64,000 nucleotides of DNA from Promethearchaeota archaeon (lineage in GTDB: Archaea > Asgardarchaeota > Lokiarchaeia > Sigyniarchaeales > SOKP01): NCBI GenBank assembly GCA_008080735.1, contig SHMW01000001.1:53037-117036 (forward strand). Reading direction: 5' to 3'. Every line of letters begins with the position of its first letter. Position 1 is the stretch's first letter. A program made the translations under genes and the position numbers. Below the pieces are notes generated by a model. That model was given only the letters and a program-made list of their open reading frames with translations, did no database searches and was not told the origin of the DNA. This document shows positions 38,023 to 49,161 of the stretch, piece after piece.

Positions 38023-38360
38023 TTTTTAAATTGAAATCGACATAATATTAAAATCAAACTAATCTCATTTGAAAAATCCCTCCCACTCCCGCGAGGTTCC
38101 CTATGTCTTTATAATATTATATCACTTTTCCATTTAAAATTGATATATTAGAATATATTTTGGGAAATAAGTAGTCTGTAAGTAGATTAGATTGATATTT
38201 TTTTCACATTTAAGATTATAAGTGGTATAGAGAAAAATGTATTTTTAATTTTGTTCTGTCTTTTATCTCTTTCGTTCTTTATTAATAAAGTTTATTTTAA
38301 TATCGTAATTTCATATATTATATTCTAATATATTTGAATATTTAATCCATTAAATTCATT

Positions 38361-39428
38361 ATGACCTCGAAGAAATATCTTTCCAGAAAAAAGACTTCTC
38401 AACAATGTATTTCGATCTCACCTGCTCTAAAAGACTGGATCCAAAGATACGTATTTAAAAAAAACAAAGAAAATCCGGAAGATAAGAGATATAAAAGTAT
38501 CTCTGCATTTTACACCAGCGTTATGGAAAATGTATTAAAAGCTTTTGAAGCGGGAAAAAGTCTAGAAGATTTTGATAGATTTGTAGATAGAGAGGTATAT
38601 TCCTTTTATGATGAGTTTTCATTTAAGGCTTTAATCCCTTTATATGAAATGGTTGTAGAGACGAATAAATATACAAAAATCGATTATGAGAGGACGATTC
38701 ACTTTTTCTCTCAAATGCATGATTTTTTTAAAAAATTCCTCAAAAAAAGAGATATCAATAAAATTGAGACTTTTCTTAAGCGAATTAAAAATTATTTCAG
38801 CCAAAACAAGATCTGCTCTTATCTTAATTTTGAACTTATTACTCATGAGGATTCAACATATCCGCGCTTTCGAATAGAGGCGGTGAGTATCTATAAAAAT
38901 ATCATCTATGAAAATATAAAATTTTTTAGCGCTATATTTGGGTTATTGGGCATTAAAATTGAGGACTTCATTTATTCAGAAAAAGATTCTTATTATCGAA
39001 TTGATGCTCAGGCGACCGATCTCTTTTTTGAAAACAAATACATAAAACAAAAATTTATAACTCTCTTAGAACACAATCTCAATTATTTTACACATTACCA
39101 AAAATTACTTAAGGATGAAGACTATTATATGTGGATGAAAATGGCAGAAGATAAAGATGTTATAATAAATTTTGCTGATAAATTTTCTAAAAGAAGATGG
39201 CTTGAGAGAATACAGAAGGATATTGAACATTATGGCCAAAAAGGAGATCAAATACTCACTCTCTTATACTTTTTTGAGAGGCTCCACTGGATTGATATTG
39301 AAAATGAAAATCCTATTATCTTCAGAATTCGGCTTCCGCAAAATAATAAGGAGCAGAAAACATTTCTTTTAAATCATCTATCCAAATTTACAAAGATCAA
39401 AGAACATAACGGAAAATTTTACCTATAG
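38361..39428 (+). CDS. Hypothetical protein with ribbon-helix-helix-like N-terminus
   Basis: CISISPALKDWIQRY...SISAFY; the remainder is unrecognised. Confidence 0.5.
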   Translation: MTSKKYLSRKKTSQQCISISPALKDWIQRYVFKKNKENPEDKRYKSISAFYTSVMENVLKAFEAGKSLEDFDRFVDREVYSFYDEFSFKALIPLYEMVVETNKYTKIDYERTIHFFSQMHDFFKKFLKKRDINKIETFLKRIKNYFSQNKICSYLNFELITHEDSTYPRFRIEAVSIYKNIIYENIKFFSAIFGLLGIKIEDFIYSEKDSYYRIDAQATDLFFENKYIKQKFITLLEHNLNYFTHYQKLLKDEDYYMWMKMAEDKDVIINFADKFSKRRWLERIQKDIEHYGQKGDQILTLLYFFERLHWIDIENENPIIFRIRLPQNNKEQKTFLLNHLSKFTKIKEHNGKFYL

Positions 39429-39522
39429 TCTTCCTTATTGGTTATTTGCTTTCCTATTTTTTAGATTCTTTTTCAAATTAAAATCGTTTATGGCAAAAAA
39501 AATAATATAATACAGAGAATTT

Positions 39523-41451
39523 ATGATAAATATGGAAGATTTTGATTACGAAAAACTAGGCTTAAAATGTGGTTTAGAGATCCATCAGCAACTGGATTCG
39601 GAAACGAAGCTTTTTTGTCGATGCCCAAACGATTTACAAGGAACGAGAGAACCCGATTTTACTCTTATTAGAGAAATGAGACCTGTCTTAGGAGAGATGG
39701 GAACATATGATGAGGCGATGTTGACTGAATATGAGAAAGAGATGAAAATTGTCTACCAATGCTATGATGATGTGATTTGTACCTATGAAATGGATGAAAC
39801 TCCCCCCTTCGATTGCAATAGAGAAGCGAAAAGAATTGCCATAGAGATCGCGCTCCTCCTAAACTCAAATATTATCAGAGAAATGCATGTATGCCGAAAA
39901 AATTATCTTGATGGAAGTGTTCCATGTGGCTTTCAGAGGACGATGATTCTAGCAAAAGGGGGATATGTGAAACTGGAAAATGGAAAGAAAATCGGCATTG
40001 ATATTATTTGTTTAGAGGAAGATGCGGCACGTCGAATCGATACCATCGAAAAAACTAATTACTTCAGATTAGACAGATTAGGCATACCCCTAGTGGAAGT
40101 AACTACTAAACCCGATATCAATGATCCCGATGAATGTAGAGAATGTGCCGAGCGTTTAGGTCTCCTATTATGGTCTACAAAGGTAAAAAAAGTACTCGGC
40201 TCCATACGACAAGATATCAATGTAAGTATTAAAGGAGGAACACGGATTGAGATTAAAGGTGTTCAGAAACTGGATTGGATACCTCTTTTAATCAATCATG
40301 AAATTTCACGCCAGCTTAATCTTCTAAAAATAAAACAAAAATTAGCGGATTTAGGATTAAATGCACAAAAAGCAATCGGAAAACCCATCAATATTTCAGA
40401 AAAATTAGCTAAAACAAAATGTAAATTCATCGCAAATGGAATTAAAAAAGGTAAAACTCTAATCGGAATCAATTTCAAACAGTTTGAAGGCATTTTTGGA
40501 ATGGAATTAATGCCAGACTATCGATTTGGAACAGAAGTCAGCAGTAAAGTCCAGTCAATCTCTGGTTTAAAGGGTTTGATTCATTCTGATGAGGATTTAA
40601 CCTCATATGGCTTTTCAAACAAAGATATTCAAACCATTAAAGACTCATTAGAATTTGAGGAAGGAGATTGCTTTATATTAATACTTGGGGAAAGTGATCA
40701 AACTCAGAAGACAATGGACGTTATCATTGACAGGGTTCTATTTGCTTTCAAAGGAATCCCACCAGAAACCAGAAGGGCACTTGAAAATGGCAATACAGAA
40801 TTCCTAAGAGAATTACACGGAGGAGCTCGACTCTATCCTGACACGGATTCCCAAGCAATATTGAATACGGACAAGGAAATAGCATCTGTTCAAGATCAAT
40901 TACCCGAATATCCTTGGGAAATCATACAACAATATTCAAAGAAATACAATACCGAGGAGAGAATAATTAAAGAGCTCATTTTCAACGGTTATTTAGATTT
41001 ATTTGACTTACTTCTTGAAATTTATCCGGATAATCCCACACTGATCCTAACCACTTTACTGGAAACCACCACTGCCCTTAAACGCGATGGTAAGGAAATC
41101 TCCATTATAACGGAAGAAGATTATGAAGAAATCTTTGAATTACTAGCCGCTAAGGAGATAGGAAAAGAGGCGATTGAAGACCTTTTGGCAGCAAAAACCG
41201 AAAATCCCTCCCTCTCTATTCAAGAAGTTAAGGATAAATTAAACTTAGAAAAAGTCTCTTTAGATGAGTTGAAAGAAATCATTGAGAGAATCATTAATGA
41301 TAATAAGGACTTAATTAAAGATCAAAAAATGCGTGCAATGGGCCCTCTTATGGGGGATGCGATGAAAAAATTACGCGGGAAAATCGATGGGGCAATTGTA
41401 TCCAAAAAGTTACAAGCAGCACTTCAAAAAAAGATAAAGGAGTTGGAATAA
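39523..41451 (+). CDS. gatE: Glu-tRNA(Gln) amidotransferase subunit E
   Basis: GLKCGLEIHQQL, KLFCRCP, DGS...GFQRT, LEEDAAR, LDRLGIPLVE, IRQDINVSI, ARLYPDTD. Confidence 0.97.
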   Translation: MINMEDFDYEKLGLKCGLEIHQQLDSETKLFCRCPNDLQGTREPDFTLIREMRPVLGEMGTYDEAMLTEYEKEMKIVYQCYDDVICTYEMDETPPFDCNREAKRIAIEIALLLNSNIIREMHVCRKNYLDGSVPCGFQRTMILAKGGYVKLENGKKIGIDIICLEEDAARRIDTIEKTNYFRLDRLGIPLVEVTTKPDINDPDECRECAERLGLLLWSTKVKKVLGSIRQDINVSIKGGTRIEIKGVQKLDWIPLLINHEISRQLNLLKIKQKLADLGLNAQKAIGKPINISEKLAKTKCKFIANGIKKGKTLIGINFKQFEGIFGMELMPDYRFGTEVSSKVQSISGLKGLIHSDEDLTSYGFSNKDIQTIKDSLEFEEGDCFILILGESDQTQKTMDVIIDRVLFAFKGIPPETRRALENGNTEFLRELHGGARLYPDTDSQAILNTDKEIASVQDQLPEYPWEIIQQYSKKYNTEERIIKELIFNGYLDLFDLLLEIYPDNPTLILTTLLETTTALKRDGKEISIITEEDYEEIFELLAAKEIGKEAIEDLLAAKTENPSLSIQEVKDKLNLEKVSLDELKEIIERIINDNKDLIKDQKMRAMGPLMGDAMKKLRGKIDGAIVSKKLQAALQKKIKELE

Positions 41452-41452
41452 T

Positions 41453-42817
41453 ATGAGTGAGAATTTAAAAGGGTATAAAAAGGACGCGAAAAAGTTCTTA
41501 ATTGAACATAATTTAAAACTATGGGATATCATAAAAGTTGAAACAAAGACTACTACATATGAAGGAATCCTGTTGCCCCGATATGAATATTCGAAAGCAG
41601 GTTTTATAGAGATAAAATTGGAAAATAATTATAATGTAGGTATAAAAGTTGATGATATCACCAAGATCGAAAAAATAGGTGAAAAAGAAGCTAAATATAA
41701 AATCCCAGAAAAAGATTTTCCGAAAACGAAAGGATTTCCCGAAATCACGCTCTTAGGAACGGGAGGTACCGTGGCTTCCAGACTTGATTATACAACGGGA
41801 GCCGTTATTCCCGCATTTAGTCCCGGAGAATTATTCAGTGCCGTCCCTGAATTAGCGGATATTTGTAATCTCGAGACTGAAATTGTATTTAAAATATTTT
41901 CCGAAAATATGCAAGCGACCCATTGGCAACAATTAGCTCACCAAATTGAAACGCTTGCTAATTCCGGAAAGGATGGAATAATCATCCCCCATGGTACTGA
42001 TACAATGGGATATACATCGGCAGCGCTCTCTTTTATGCTTAAAGATCTCTCAATTCCCGTGGTAGTGGTCGGAAGTCAGCGAAGTTCGGATCGACCCTCA
42101 TCAGATGCTGCGATGAATCTTATCAATGCCGCCACCGTTGCCACATCAGATATCGCAGAAGTCACGCTTGTTATGCTTGGATCCTCTTCCCATGATTACG
42201 GACTCATCCATCGAGGGACTCTAGTACGAAAATTGCATACCTCATATCGACATACCTTTCGGACTATTGATGACATTCCAATGGGAATGGTTCAGAATAG
42301 AACGATTCGCATGTTTACAGATAATTATCATAAAAAAGATAAAAAAAAGCGAGAGACCACTGCCCTAACTGATTTCGAAAAAAAAATCGGATTTATCTAT
42401 TTTTATCCCGGATTAACCAGCGAAATGATCCATTATTATATTGATAAAGGATATAAAGGACTTTTACTTGCTGGAACCGGCTTAGGACATGTCGCTACAC
42501 GGATTTATGACGCGATTGAACGTGCCATCGAAGAGGATATTCTAGTATTGATGACCTCCCAAACACTGTTTGGATTTGTAGGGATGAATGTATATTCCAC
42601 CGGTCGAGAATTGCTTGATATGGGTGTCCTCCCTGGAAAAAATATGATGCCAGAGGTGGGTTATGTAAAACTTGGATGGGTACTCGGGCAAACGGATAAT
42701 CTCGAGGATGCCAAAAAACTACTCATGACAAACATTGCCGGCGAATTTTTAGATAGAGAAATTCCCATCGCATTCAATTATGATATCGACCGTTTACTCA
42801 AGGATAATTTGATCTAA
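41453..42817 (+). CDS. gatD: Glu-tRNA(Gln) amidotransferase subunit D
   Basis: KLENNYNVG, TGGTVASRLDY.TGAV, HGTDTM, GSQRSSDRPSSD, GTGLGH. Confidence 0.97.
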   Translation: MSENLKGYKKDAKKFLIEHNLKLWDIIKVETKTTTYEGILLPRYEYSKAGFIEIKLENNYNVGIKVDDITKIEKIGEKEAKYKIPEKDFPKTKGFPEITLLGTGGTVASRLDYTTGAVIPAFSPGELFSAVPELADICNLETEIVFKIFSENMQATHWQQLAHQIETLANSGKDGIIIPHGTDTMGYTSAALSFMLKDLSIPVVVVGSQRSSDRPSSDAAMNLINAATVATSDIAEVTLVMLGSSSHDYGLIHRGTLVRKLHTSYRHTFRTIDDIPMGMVQNRTIRMFTDNYHKKDKKKRETTALTDFEKKIGFIYFYPGLTSEMIHYYIDKGYKGLLLAGTGLGHVATRIYDAIERAIEEDILVLMTSQTLFGFVGMNVYSTGRELLDMGVLPGKNMMPEVGYVKLGWVLGQTDNLEDAKKLLMTNIAGEFLDREIPIAFNYDIDRLLKDNLI

Positions 42818-43019
42818 GTTCGACTTCTATTTTATGGTTTTTATCATTACATTTAATTTCACTTCACCTTTTACTCTTTTTGCTCTGAATATTCTTGAAT
42901 TTTATTCTAGATATTTCTTTTTGCAGTTCATTACCACAAAAACAATAAAAAATTTAAAGTTTTAAGCATTAATTTCTCTATATTAATTTGTTTACGAAAT
43001 AAAAATTTTTGTGATTTAA

Positions 43020-43775
43020 ATGGGAAAACGTATCTTAGCACAGAGAAAAGGCTATGGACATACATGGGCTCGTAGTCCTGGACATCGACATATCGGTGCA
43101 GTAAAATATCGACCCTTCAAGGAAGGAGAGATGAAATATGATTTTGAAATTGTCGATTTTATTCATTCACCTGGTCGCGGAGCTCCCGTTGCCAAAATTC
43201 GATATGAAGATGGGGTGAAAGGCCTCTACTTACCTCCCGAGGGCATATACGTGGGTGATACTCGTGTGCAAACCCGAAAAGACATTGACAGAAAAAAGAC
43301 TATCAAGGCTAAAAAGGCTATGATCAATGTTGGAAATGTTGTACCCCTGAAAGACGTACCACTCGGAACAATTATATGTAATATCGAAAGCACACCTAAC
43401 GACGGAGGAAAATTTGCACGCGCTTCAGGAGTATCGGCAATCATCAGTGAAAAATCTGCCCACAAGGTCGCAGTTAAATTCCGATCGAAAAAAGTGAAAT
43501 GGCTCAATGAAAATTGTCTATGTACCATCGGTGTAGTCGCTGGTGGTGGTCGGACCGATAAACCTTTTTTGAAAGCGGGTAATAAATTCTATTATGTCCG
43601 CTCCAAGGCGAAAAAATGGCCTATAGTGCGAGGAGTGACAATGAACGCATGTTCTCACCCATTTGGAGGCGGGGCAAAGCAATCTCCTCACAAACCAACC
43701 ACGATTGACCGCAATGCGCCACCTGGTCGAAAAGTGGGGCAAATTGCGGCACGAAGAACGGGCCATAGAAAATAA
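43020..43775 (+). CDS. rpl2: 50S ribosomal protein uL2
   Basis: MGKRILAQRKG, HSPGRGAP, DGGKFARASG, GGGRTDKPFLKAG, WP.VRGV.MN...HPFGGG, PPGRKVG.IAARRTG. Confidence 0.97.
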   Translation: MGKRILAQRKGYGHTWARSPGHRHIGAVKYRPFKEGEMKYDFEIVDFIHSPGRGAPVAKIRYEDGVKGLYLPPEGIYVGDTRVQTRKDIDRKKTIKAKKAMINVGNVVPLKDVPLGTIICNIESTPNDGGKFARASGVSAIISEKSAHKVAVKFRSKKVKWLNENCLCTIGVVAGGGRTDKPFLKAGNKFYYVRSKAKKWPIVRGVTMNACSHPFGGGAKQSPHKPTTIDRNAPPGRKVGQIAARRTGHRK

Positions 43776-43980
43776 CTTTTATCTTTCCTAAAAATTTTAA
43801 CATATTTATATCATTTAATTTTCATTCTGCTATTTCTATTTTTTAACCATTAAGAAGAAACATATTTCTCTCTAACAATGATTTAGTTAGGTTAAGTCAA
43901 CAAAAGTAAAAGAAAGAATAAAAGAGTAAAAAAATCTATGCCTCTCCTGTGGAGAGTTGATCCTAATCCATATATAATAT

Positions 43981-44874
43981 CTAAATTAAATTGGAGATTA
44001 TCTTCTGGAGCTCTTTATACCGTGAACGGAGAGTTACCTCGGTCACTCCCACGATATTGGAAATCTCCTTTTGCGAAACCTTCTTGTTCTTCAATTTTGA
44101 GACCAAATAGATCGCGCCCGCACATAATCCTTTTGGGTCCTTACCGCAAATCGGGAATTGCTTCATAAAACTTCTTAAAATTTTGATGGAGTTCTTCTCG
44201 ATGTCGATTGAGAGCCCTAAATCCGCGCAATATCTGGGAATTAGAGAAATTGGGTCAATGTTCGGTGATTTTAAGTGGAGCTCTCGGACCAAAATCTTGT
44301 AGCATTTCTTTACAATGTTATCACTGATAGATGCTTCATCCAAGATCTCTTGTAAAGTAATTGGAACGCGCTCCTCTTTACATTTATAGTATGCGCATGC
44401 TGCAATCATCCCATTAATGGATCTGCCCCGTAATAGGTTTTTTTTATAGACCTTTTTATAGAGTTTGACCGCCGCCTTTTTCACACGCTCGGGAAAATTT
44501 AAGTTACTACCGATACGCTTTAATTCGGTAATCGCAATTAACATATTACGCTTTTCCCACGATAAATGCGTGTTCCATTTCGCCGCGCGGCGTAAGTCGG
44601 GATTCTTGATTTTTGAACGATCAATAACCGTAGATAAGCCGATATCGGGCATTAAGACGGAAATCGGACACCCTGTACGTTCCTTCTTGTCTTTTTCCCG
44701 CTTCGTATATGCCCTGATACCGCTGTGGCCAATATCAAGTGAGCGCTCGCCTACGACCAGTCCACATTGCTTGCAGACTGTGTCCCCGCTCTCATCTATT
44801 GAGATGATACTTCCCCCGCATTCCGGACATAGATTTGATAGATCATAGTTCGATACATCATGTGTTTCAACCAT
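43981..44874 (-). CDS. tfb: Transcription initiation factor IIB (TFB)
   Basis: CPECG...CKQCGLV zinc ribbon, two cyclin repeats (LRGRSI, GKDP.GL.A.AIY), VTEVTLRSRYKEL. Confidence 0.95.
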   Translation of the reverse strand: MVETHDVSNYDLSNLCPECGGSIISIDESGDTVCKQCGLVVGERSLDIGHSGIRAYTKREKDKKERTGCPISVLMPDIGLSTVIDRSKIKNPDLRRAAKWNTHLSWEKRNMLIAITELKRIGSNLNFPERVKKAAVKLYKKVYKKNLLRGRSINGMIAACAYYKCKEERVPITLQEILDEASISDNIVKKCYKILVRELHLKSPNIDPISLIPRYCADLGLSIDIEKNSIKILRSFMKQFPICGKDPKGLCAGAIYLVSKLKNKKVSQKEISNIVGVTEVTLRSRYKELQKIISNLI

Positions 44875-45653
44875 TTTTGTGTACCCCTTAACTGGTATTA
44901 GAAAAATCGTCTCTTCTTTATTTTTTTACCAAAAAGTTCTTTTTTATAACCAAAAAAACTTTTTGTGTTATATTCACTATATGATAATTACATATTTAAA
45001 TCTTTTTGTTGTAAAAACTCAGATCGACAAAAATGTTTTGTTATCACATCTACGTGTAAAATTCGGATGTTTTATAAAAATGCTCTGGCTTTATTTTTGT
45101 TTTTGCATAAGTAGAGGGTGAGAGCGGATGAATGTAAAATTGGGTATATGAGCGAGAGAGATCCCAGATATATGTGATATGAAGTAGATGTCAAGAGACA
45201 TTATTATTCTCATGTTTCGTGAGCATTTGAAGACAGAAAGGTTTTTGAGATTATTCATAGAAAGTCATCCAATTTTTGTACAAAAAGCGATCATCAACGA
45301 ATCAGAATTTACGGGATAAGACGGATATATCACAATTTTATATGAAGAAATCCAGATTAGGAAGGAGGGAGTGTGATCTGATAGAATCCACTTTTGCACA
45401 CAAAACGATCATATCCTTCTAAAATCTCTTTGTTTTTTAGATTATTCTTATGCTTAGCTTTGGTTCAAGTTTAGGTCGGAACCCCTAATTTTTGGGTTTT
45501 TATATAAATTAAAGGCATAATAAAGGTTTATGCAGAGCCCCAATTGGATAGACCCTTAGAATAACCAAAGTGTCTAATTCTAAACTCCGCCATTCCCTTT
45601 TTGATGATTTGACCGCAGACCAAATTTTCCATAATATTTACATATATTTTGTT

Positions 45654-45950
45654 TTAATTCATGTAAGGTTGTATATCTTCTGTTGTATCAAGCAAATTTT
45701 GGGTTATTTCGATATACATCAAGTTGAGATGGCTCATCAGGTTGGGGAGTCGCCGAATTTTATTTCCGTTAAGTAATATTTCGTATAAGCTCGGAAGACC
45801 TTCAATTGATCTAATCTCACTTATTCTATTTGCGTTTAGAGTAAGAAATTAATTGTTTTATTTTTATCTAATTAATTATTTAGAATGGTATCCAGGTAAC
45901 GATGGCGGTACAAGTTCCCAAGAAAGATATTATCCGAAATACTAAGGCTA
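45654..45950 (-). pseudogene. Decayed leucine-rich-repeat gene fragment
   Basis: Start-less open frame 45848-45654 reads LTLNANRISEIRSIEGLPSLYEILLNGNKIRRLPNLMSHLNLMYIEITQNLL (SDS22-like LRR). A broken LRR-like piece (SLSISDN) lies further upstream; the upstream limit is approximate. Confidence 0.55.
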
Positions 45951-46155
45951 TAGAATTATGTTAAATGAGCATCTAAGAAAGCTTTTTGCACTATGCTTTG
46001 GGGTGATTTTTCCTAATTCATTTAAGATCTATTCTATGGGTTAAATTTTGTCAAATCTGGGAAAAACCAAAAAAAACTATCTCCATGTCATAGCAAAAAC
46101 TTATTTTCTCGACAGTAATATTTATCTATCAACGAAATTCAAGTGCGATAGCTTT

Positions 46156-47013
46156 ATGCTGATTTGGATACTTGACAGTGAATCTGGCGTCAAACTCTTA
46201 TATGCATCTTTGAGGGATGTTAAAATCGATAGTGACATTTCTTCGGGATTTTTAACTGTATTTCGGCAATTTTTTATGGTCGAATTTCGAGATGAGATTG
46301 AATCCATCGAATTAGGTGGCTTGCGATGGATCTATATCATTGAGACTAGCCATAAACTCTTATTCATCGCCGCCGATAACAAACACAATTCCACTAAAGT
46401 AATGAGAAATCGTTTAAAAGTGATTAAGAATGCATTTATTAAGGAATATGCTCATGTATGGAATAAGCGAAACCATAGCTGGGACGGGGATATAACCATA
46501 TTTACCCCTTTCCTGGACATAATAAGAAATTATTATGCACAATGGGAAAAAGTAGAATCCCTTATACCTCTTGCCGATTTTTTCGACATTTTAGGTATTT
46601 TTCAGAATATCTTCATTACTCTACGCAACATAATCGAAGAGAGGATGTATTCAAAATCACGGCAAAATATCTTTCACAAAGTCGAAAAATCAGTGGAGGA
46701 AATAAATAGTTCTGAAAGATTCCAAAATAAACACGAATTAAAACATATCTCTTATTCTACTGAGGAATGGATTACAATAGTGGATTCAAATCTAATAGAT
46801 TCTGATAAAGAATTAGTCATCGAATATTTAAAATCAATTCTGTCTATTTTTATAACCAGTATTGAATCTGAAAAAGGAACAAGTAAATGCTTGAAATATT
46901 TTCATGAAGAAGGTATTTATCCCTATCTTATAAATAAGGTGGACTTATTGAGAGATCTCAACTTAGATATGTTCCTATTGAATCAATTCCTCTTCATAAA
47001 ATCGGAAAAATAG
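46156..47013 (+). CDS. Longin-like domain protein with helical C-terminal domain
   Basis: MLIWILDSESGVKLLY...DISSGFLTVFRQF..EF..IESIELGG; paralogous pattern to 411-1136. Start moved from 46048 to ATG 46156. Confidence 0.65.
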   Translation: MLIWILDSESGVKLLYASLRDVKIDSDISSGFLTVFRQFFMVEFRDEIESIELGGLRWIYIIETSHKLLFIAADNKHNSTKVMRNRLKVIKNAFIKEYAHVWNKRNHSWDGDITIFTPFLDIIRNYYAQWEKVESLIPLADFFDILGIFQNIFITLRNIIEERMYSKSRQNIFHKVEKSVEEINSSERFQNKHELKHISYSTEEWITIVDSNLIDSDKELVIEYLKSILSIFITSIESEKGTSKCLKYFHEEGIYPYLINKVDLLRDLNLDMFLLNQFLFIKSEK

Positions 47014-47117
47014 ACTTGATTTTAAAAATTCTAAAATTCTGAAATTTTGAAATTCAGAAAAATTGGACAGCGGGTCTATTTAAATAGTAGCAAAATTAGT
47101 CCTTATTATAGAAAAAT

Positions 47118-47636
47118 ATGAGCGGCATAGCATCATTTTTTCTCGGGGGAATACTATTTGTAAGTTTAGTTGCAGTTATTTATTACATAATCCAACTTTA
47201 TTGGAGGAAAATTAGAGAGAAATATACTCCACAGCGCGCAACCTCCTTTAGATGTCTTGATGGGCATATAACCCGGTCAAAAGCAGAATTGATTATTGAT
47301 AATCATCTGACTCGGCTAAATATCAAGCATGAATATGAGGATATGATTAGGATTGCCGGACATACCATTAAATATGACTGGTATCTGCCAGATCATGATA
47401 TTTATATAGAATATTGGGGCTATTTTGGGAAAGATTATTTTTCAAGGAAGCGAGAAAAACTCAAGCTATACCAAAAAGGAGGTTTAAATTTAATCTCAAT
47501 AGAAGATTGGATGCTTGAGGATATTTACACTCATCTGGAGGAAAAATTAACTAAAATCATCTCCCTCGAGACCTTAACTCTAATCACGAAATTTTGTCCT
47601 AATTGCGGTGAGAATCTAGACGATAGGTTTATATAA
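47118..47636 (+). CDS. Membrane-anchored PD-(D/E)XK-like nuclease-domain protein with C-terminal Zn knuckle
   Basis: N-terminal TM; DGHITRSKAELIIDNHL..YE..YDWYLP..IYIEYWG..Y..RK..K; FCPNCG. Confidence 0.6.
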   Translation: MSGIASFFLGGILFVSLVAVIYYIIQLYWRKIREKYTPQRATSFRCLDGHITRSKAELIIDNHLTRLNIKHEYEDMIRIAGHTIKYDWYLPDHDIYIEYWGYFGKDYFSRKREKLKLYQKGGLNLISIEDWMLEDIYTHLEEKLTKIISLETLTLITKFCPNCGENLDDRFI

Positions 47637-47900
47637 TACCGGTTTTCAGGAAAATAACCTCTTTTCAAGGGAATTATACTAATATGATTAATCTAAAATA
47701 ATTTATTCAAATGATTAATCTTTTTTTTGTGTAAAAAATTATCGGGAATAAAATTTTTATTTTTTATTTATTTCCGATGTGCATAAATTTAAATTAAACC
47801 ATTTTTATTATAAAGACACTAGGTACGACGATGAACTTGTGGTAAAAAAAATAAAAAACCTAAATACCCTCTTATGAAATAATATCCTTGGGAACCTTTT

Positions 47901-48833
47901 ATGAAAAAACGAGATAACGAATCTATTGAGGAATATATACAACGCTTAGAAAATGCGCCAAAGATAGAAAAAACAAAAGAGATGATTGACTATGAGAAGG
48001 AAACAGGAAAGTATGCAATTTGGCGTGGGGTAGTTACAGAAGGGTTTAAACGATGGCTACGGGGAGAAAAAATATATGACCGTAATAAAGAACGGATTTC
48101 GCTTTATGTGTCAGAAGAGACCAAGGATGAATGGCAAACCTTTCTAGAGGAAAATAATCTCTCTACCCTCTCAAAATTAATCAGAGAAAGTGTCAATAAA
48201 TTTATAGATGATCAATTAACCAATGTGGGCGGGGAATTTTCAAAAATTAATCCTCAAACTGTCTCGAAGATTTCACATGCCTTAAAAGAGCCTCTTACCA
48301 CAATTAAGGGATATGCACAGCTTATTTTAGAAAATTATCAAGAAGAGCTTTCTGATCAAATCAATACCACCATAAAAAATATCTTTGATCAGAGTATTTT
48401 ACTTGAGAATAAAATCATCAAATTCTTAGATAATATTAAAGCACCGAACAATCAATATGATATTCTGCTAATCGAAGATGATTTAGCCACCATTAGATTA
48501 ATAACTTCCTATTTTGAAAGTAAAGGCTATATCTGTAAAGGAGTAGTAAGTGGTTCAAAAGGCTTAGAAGAATTGAAAAATTCCACCCCAAAACTCGTTC
48601 TTTTAGATATTATTTTACCAGATATTAATGGCTATGATATTTGTAAGGAGATCAAACATAATCGTAAATATAGAGATATTCCCGTATATTTTCTAACGGC
48701 TATTGCGGGATCTGAAGTAGAAAAGAATTTGGAAGACACGGAAGCTGACGGCTATATTTTAAAGCCCTTTAATTTCAGCGATTTCAATCAGATTTTCCGT
48801 CTATTAGAGAACAAATCTGAAAATCCAAATTAA
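47901..48833 (+). CDS. RHH-like + HisKA (H-box) + receiver domain regulator, paralog 1
   Basis: RISLYVSEETKDEW..TLSKLIRESV; SHALKEPLTTIKGYAQLI; ILLIEDD, LLDIILPD.NGY..C, FLTA, YILKPF. Confidence 0.85.
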   Translation: MKKRDNESIEEYIQRLENAPKIEKTKEMIDYEKETGKYAIWRGVVTEGFKRWLRGEKIYDRNKERISLYVSEETKDEWQTFLEENNLSTLSKLIRESVNKFIDDQLTNVGGEFSKINPQTVSKISHALKEPLTTIKGYAQLILENYQEELSDQINTTIKNIFDQSILLENKIIKFLDNIKAPNNQYDILLIEDDLATIRLITSYFESKGYICKGVVSGSKGLEELKNSTPKLVLLDIILPDINGYDICKEIKHNRKYRDIPVYFLTAIAGSEVEKNLEDTEADGYILKPFNFSDFNQIFRLLENKSENPN

Positions 48834-49161
48834 TATTTGATGTTCATTATTATATTACAAACTTTTATTATTTCATTTCATCTCTAAAATGCGCATATTT
48901 TCACATTATTACAAAATCTTATTAAACATTATTCCTTTTGACAATACCGAGATCCCATATTGACAGAGAATAGCTTATACTTCAAATCCCTTTACAAAAA
49001 GATACCTGAATATTACAACAAAAAATTGGTAAAAAAAAATCCATATCTTTTTAAAAATTACCAAAAACTACATAAAGTACCAATAATATTTAAATATGTA
49101 TCAAAATAGTTAACAATATATCCAAGTGTTGTAAAAAATTTTATCCGATTATAAATAAAAG

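Noticed and set aside
44879-45776. ORFs 44879-45121 and 45570-45776 (+)
   Set aside because: Low-complexity AT-rich translations without RBS or motifs; the second is antisense to the LRR remnant.
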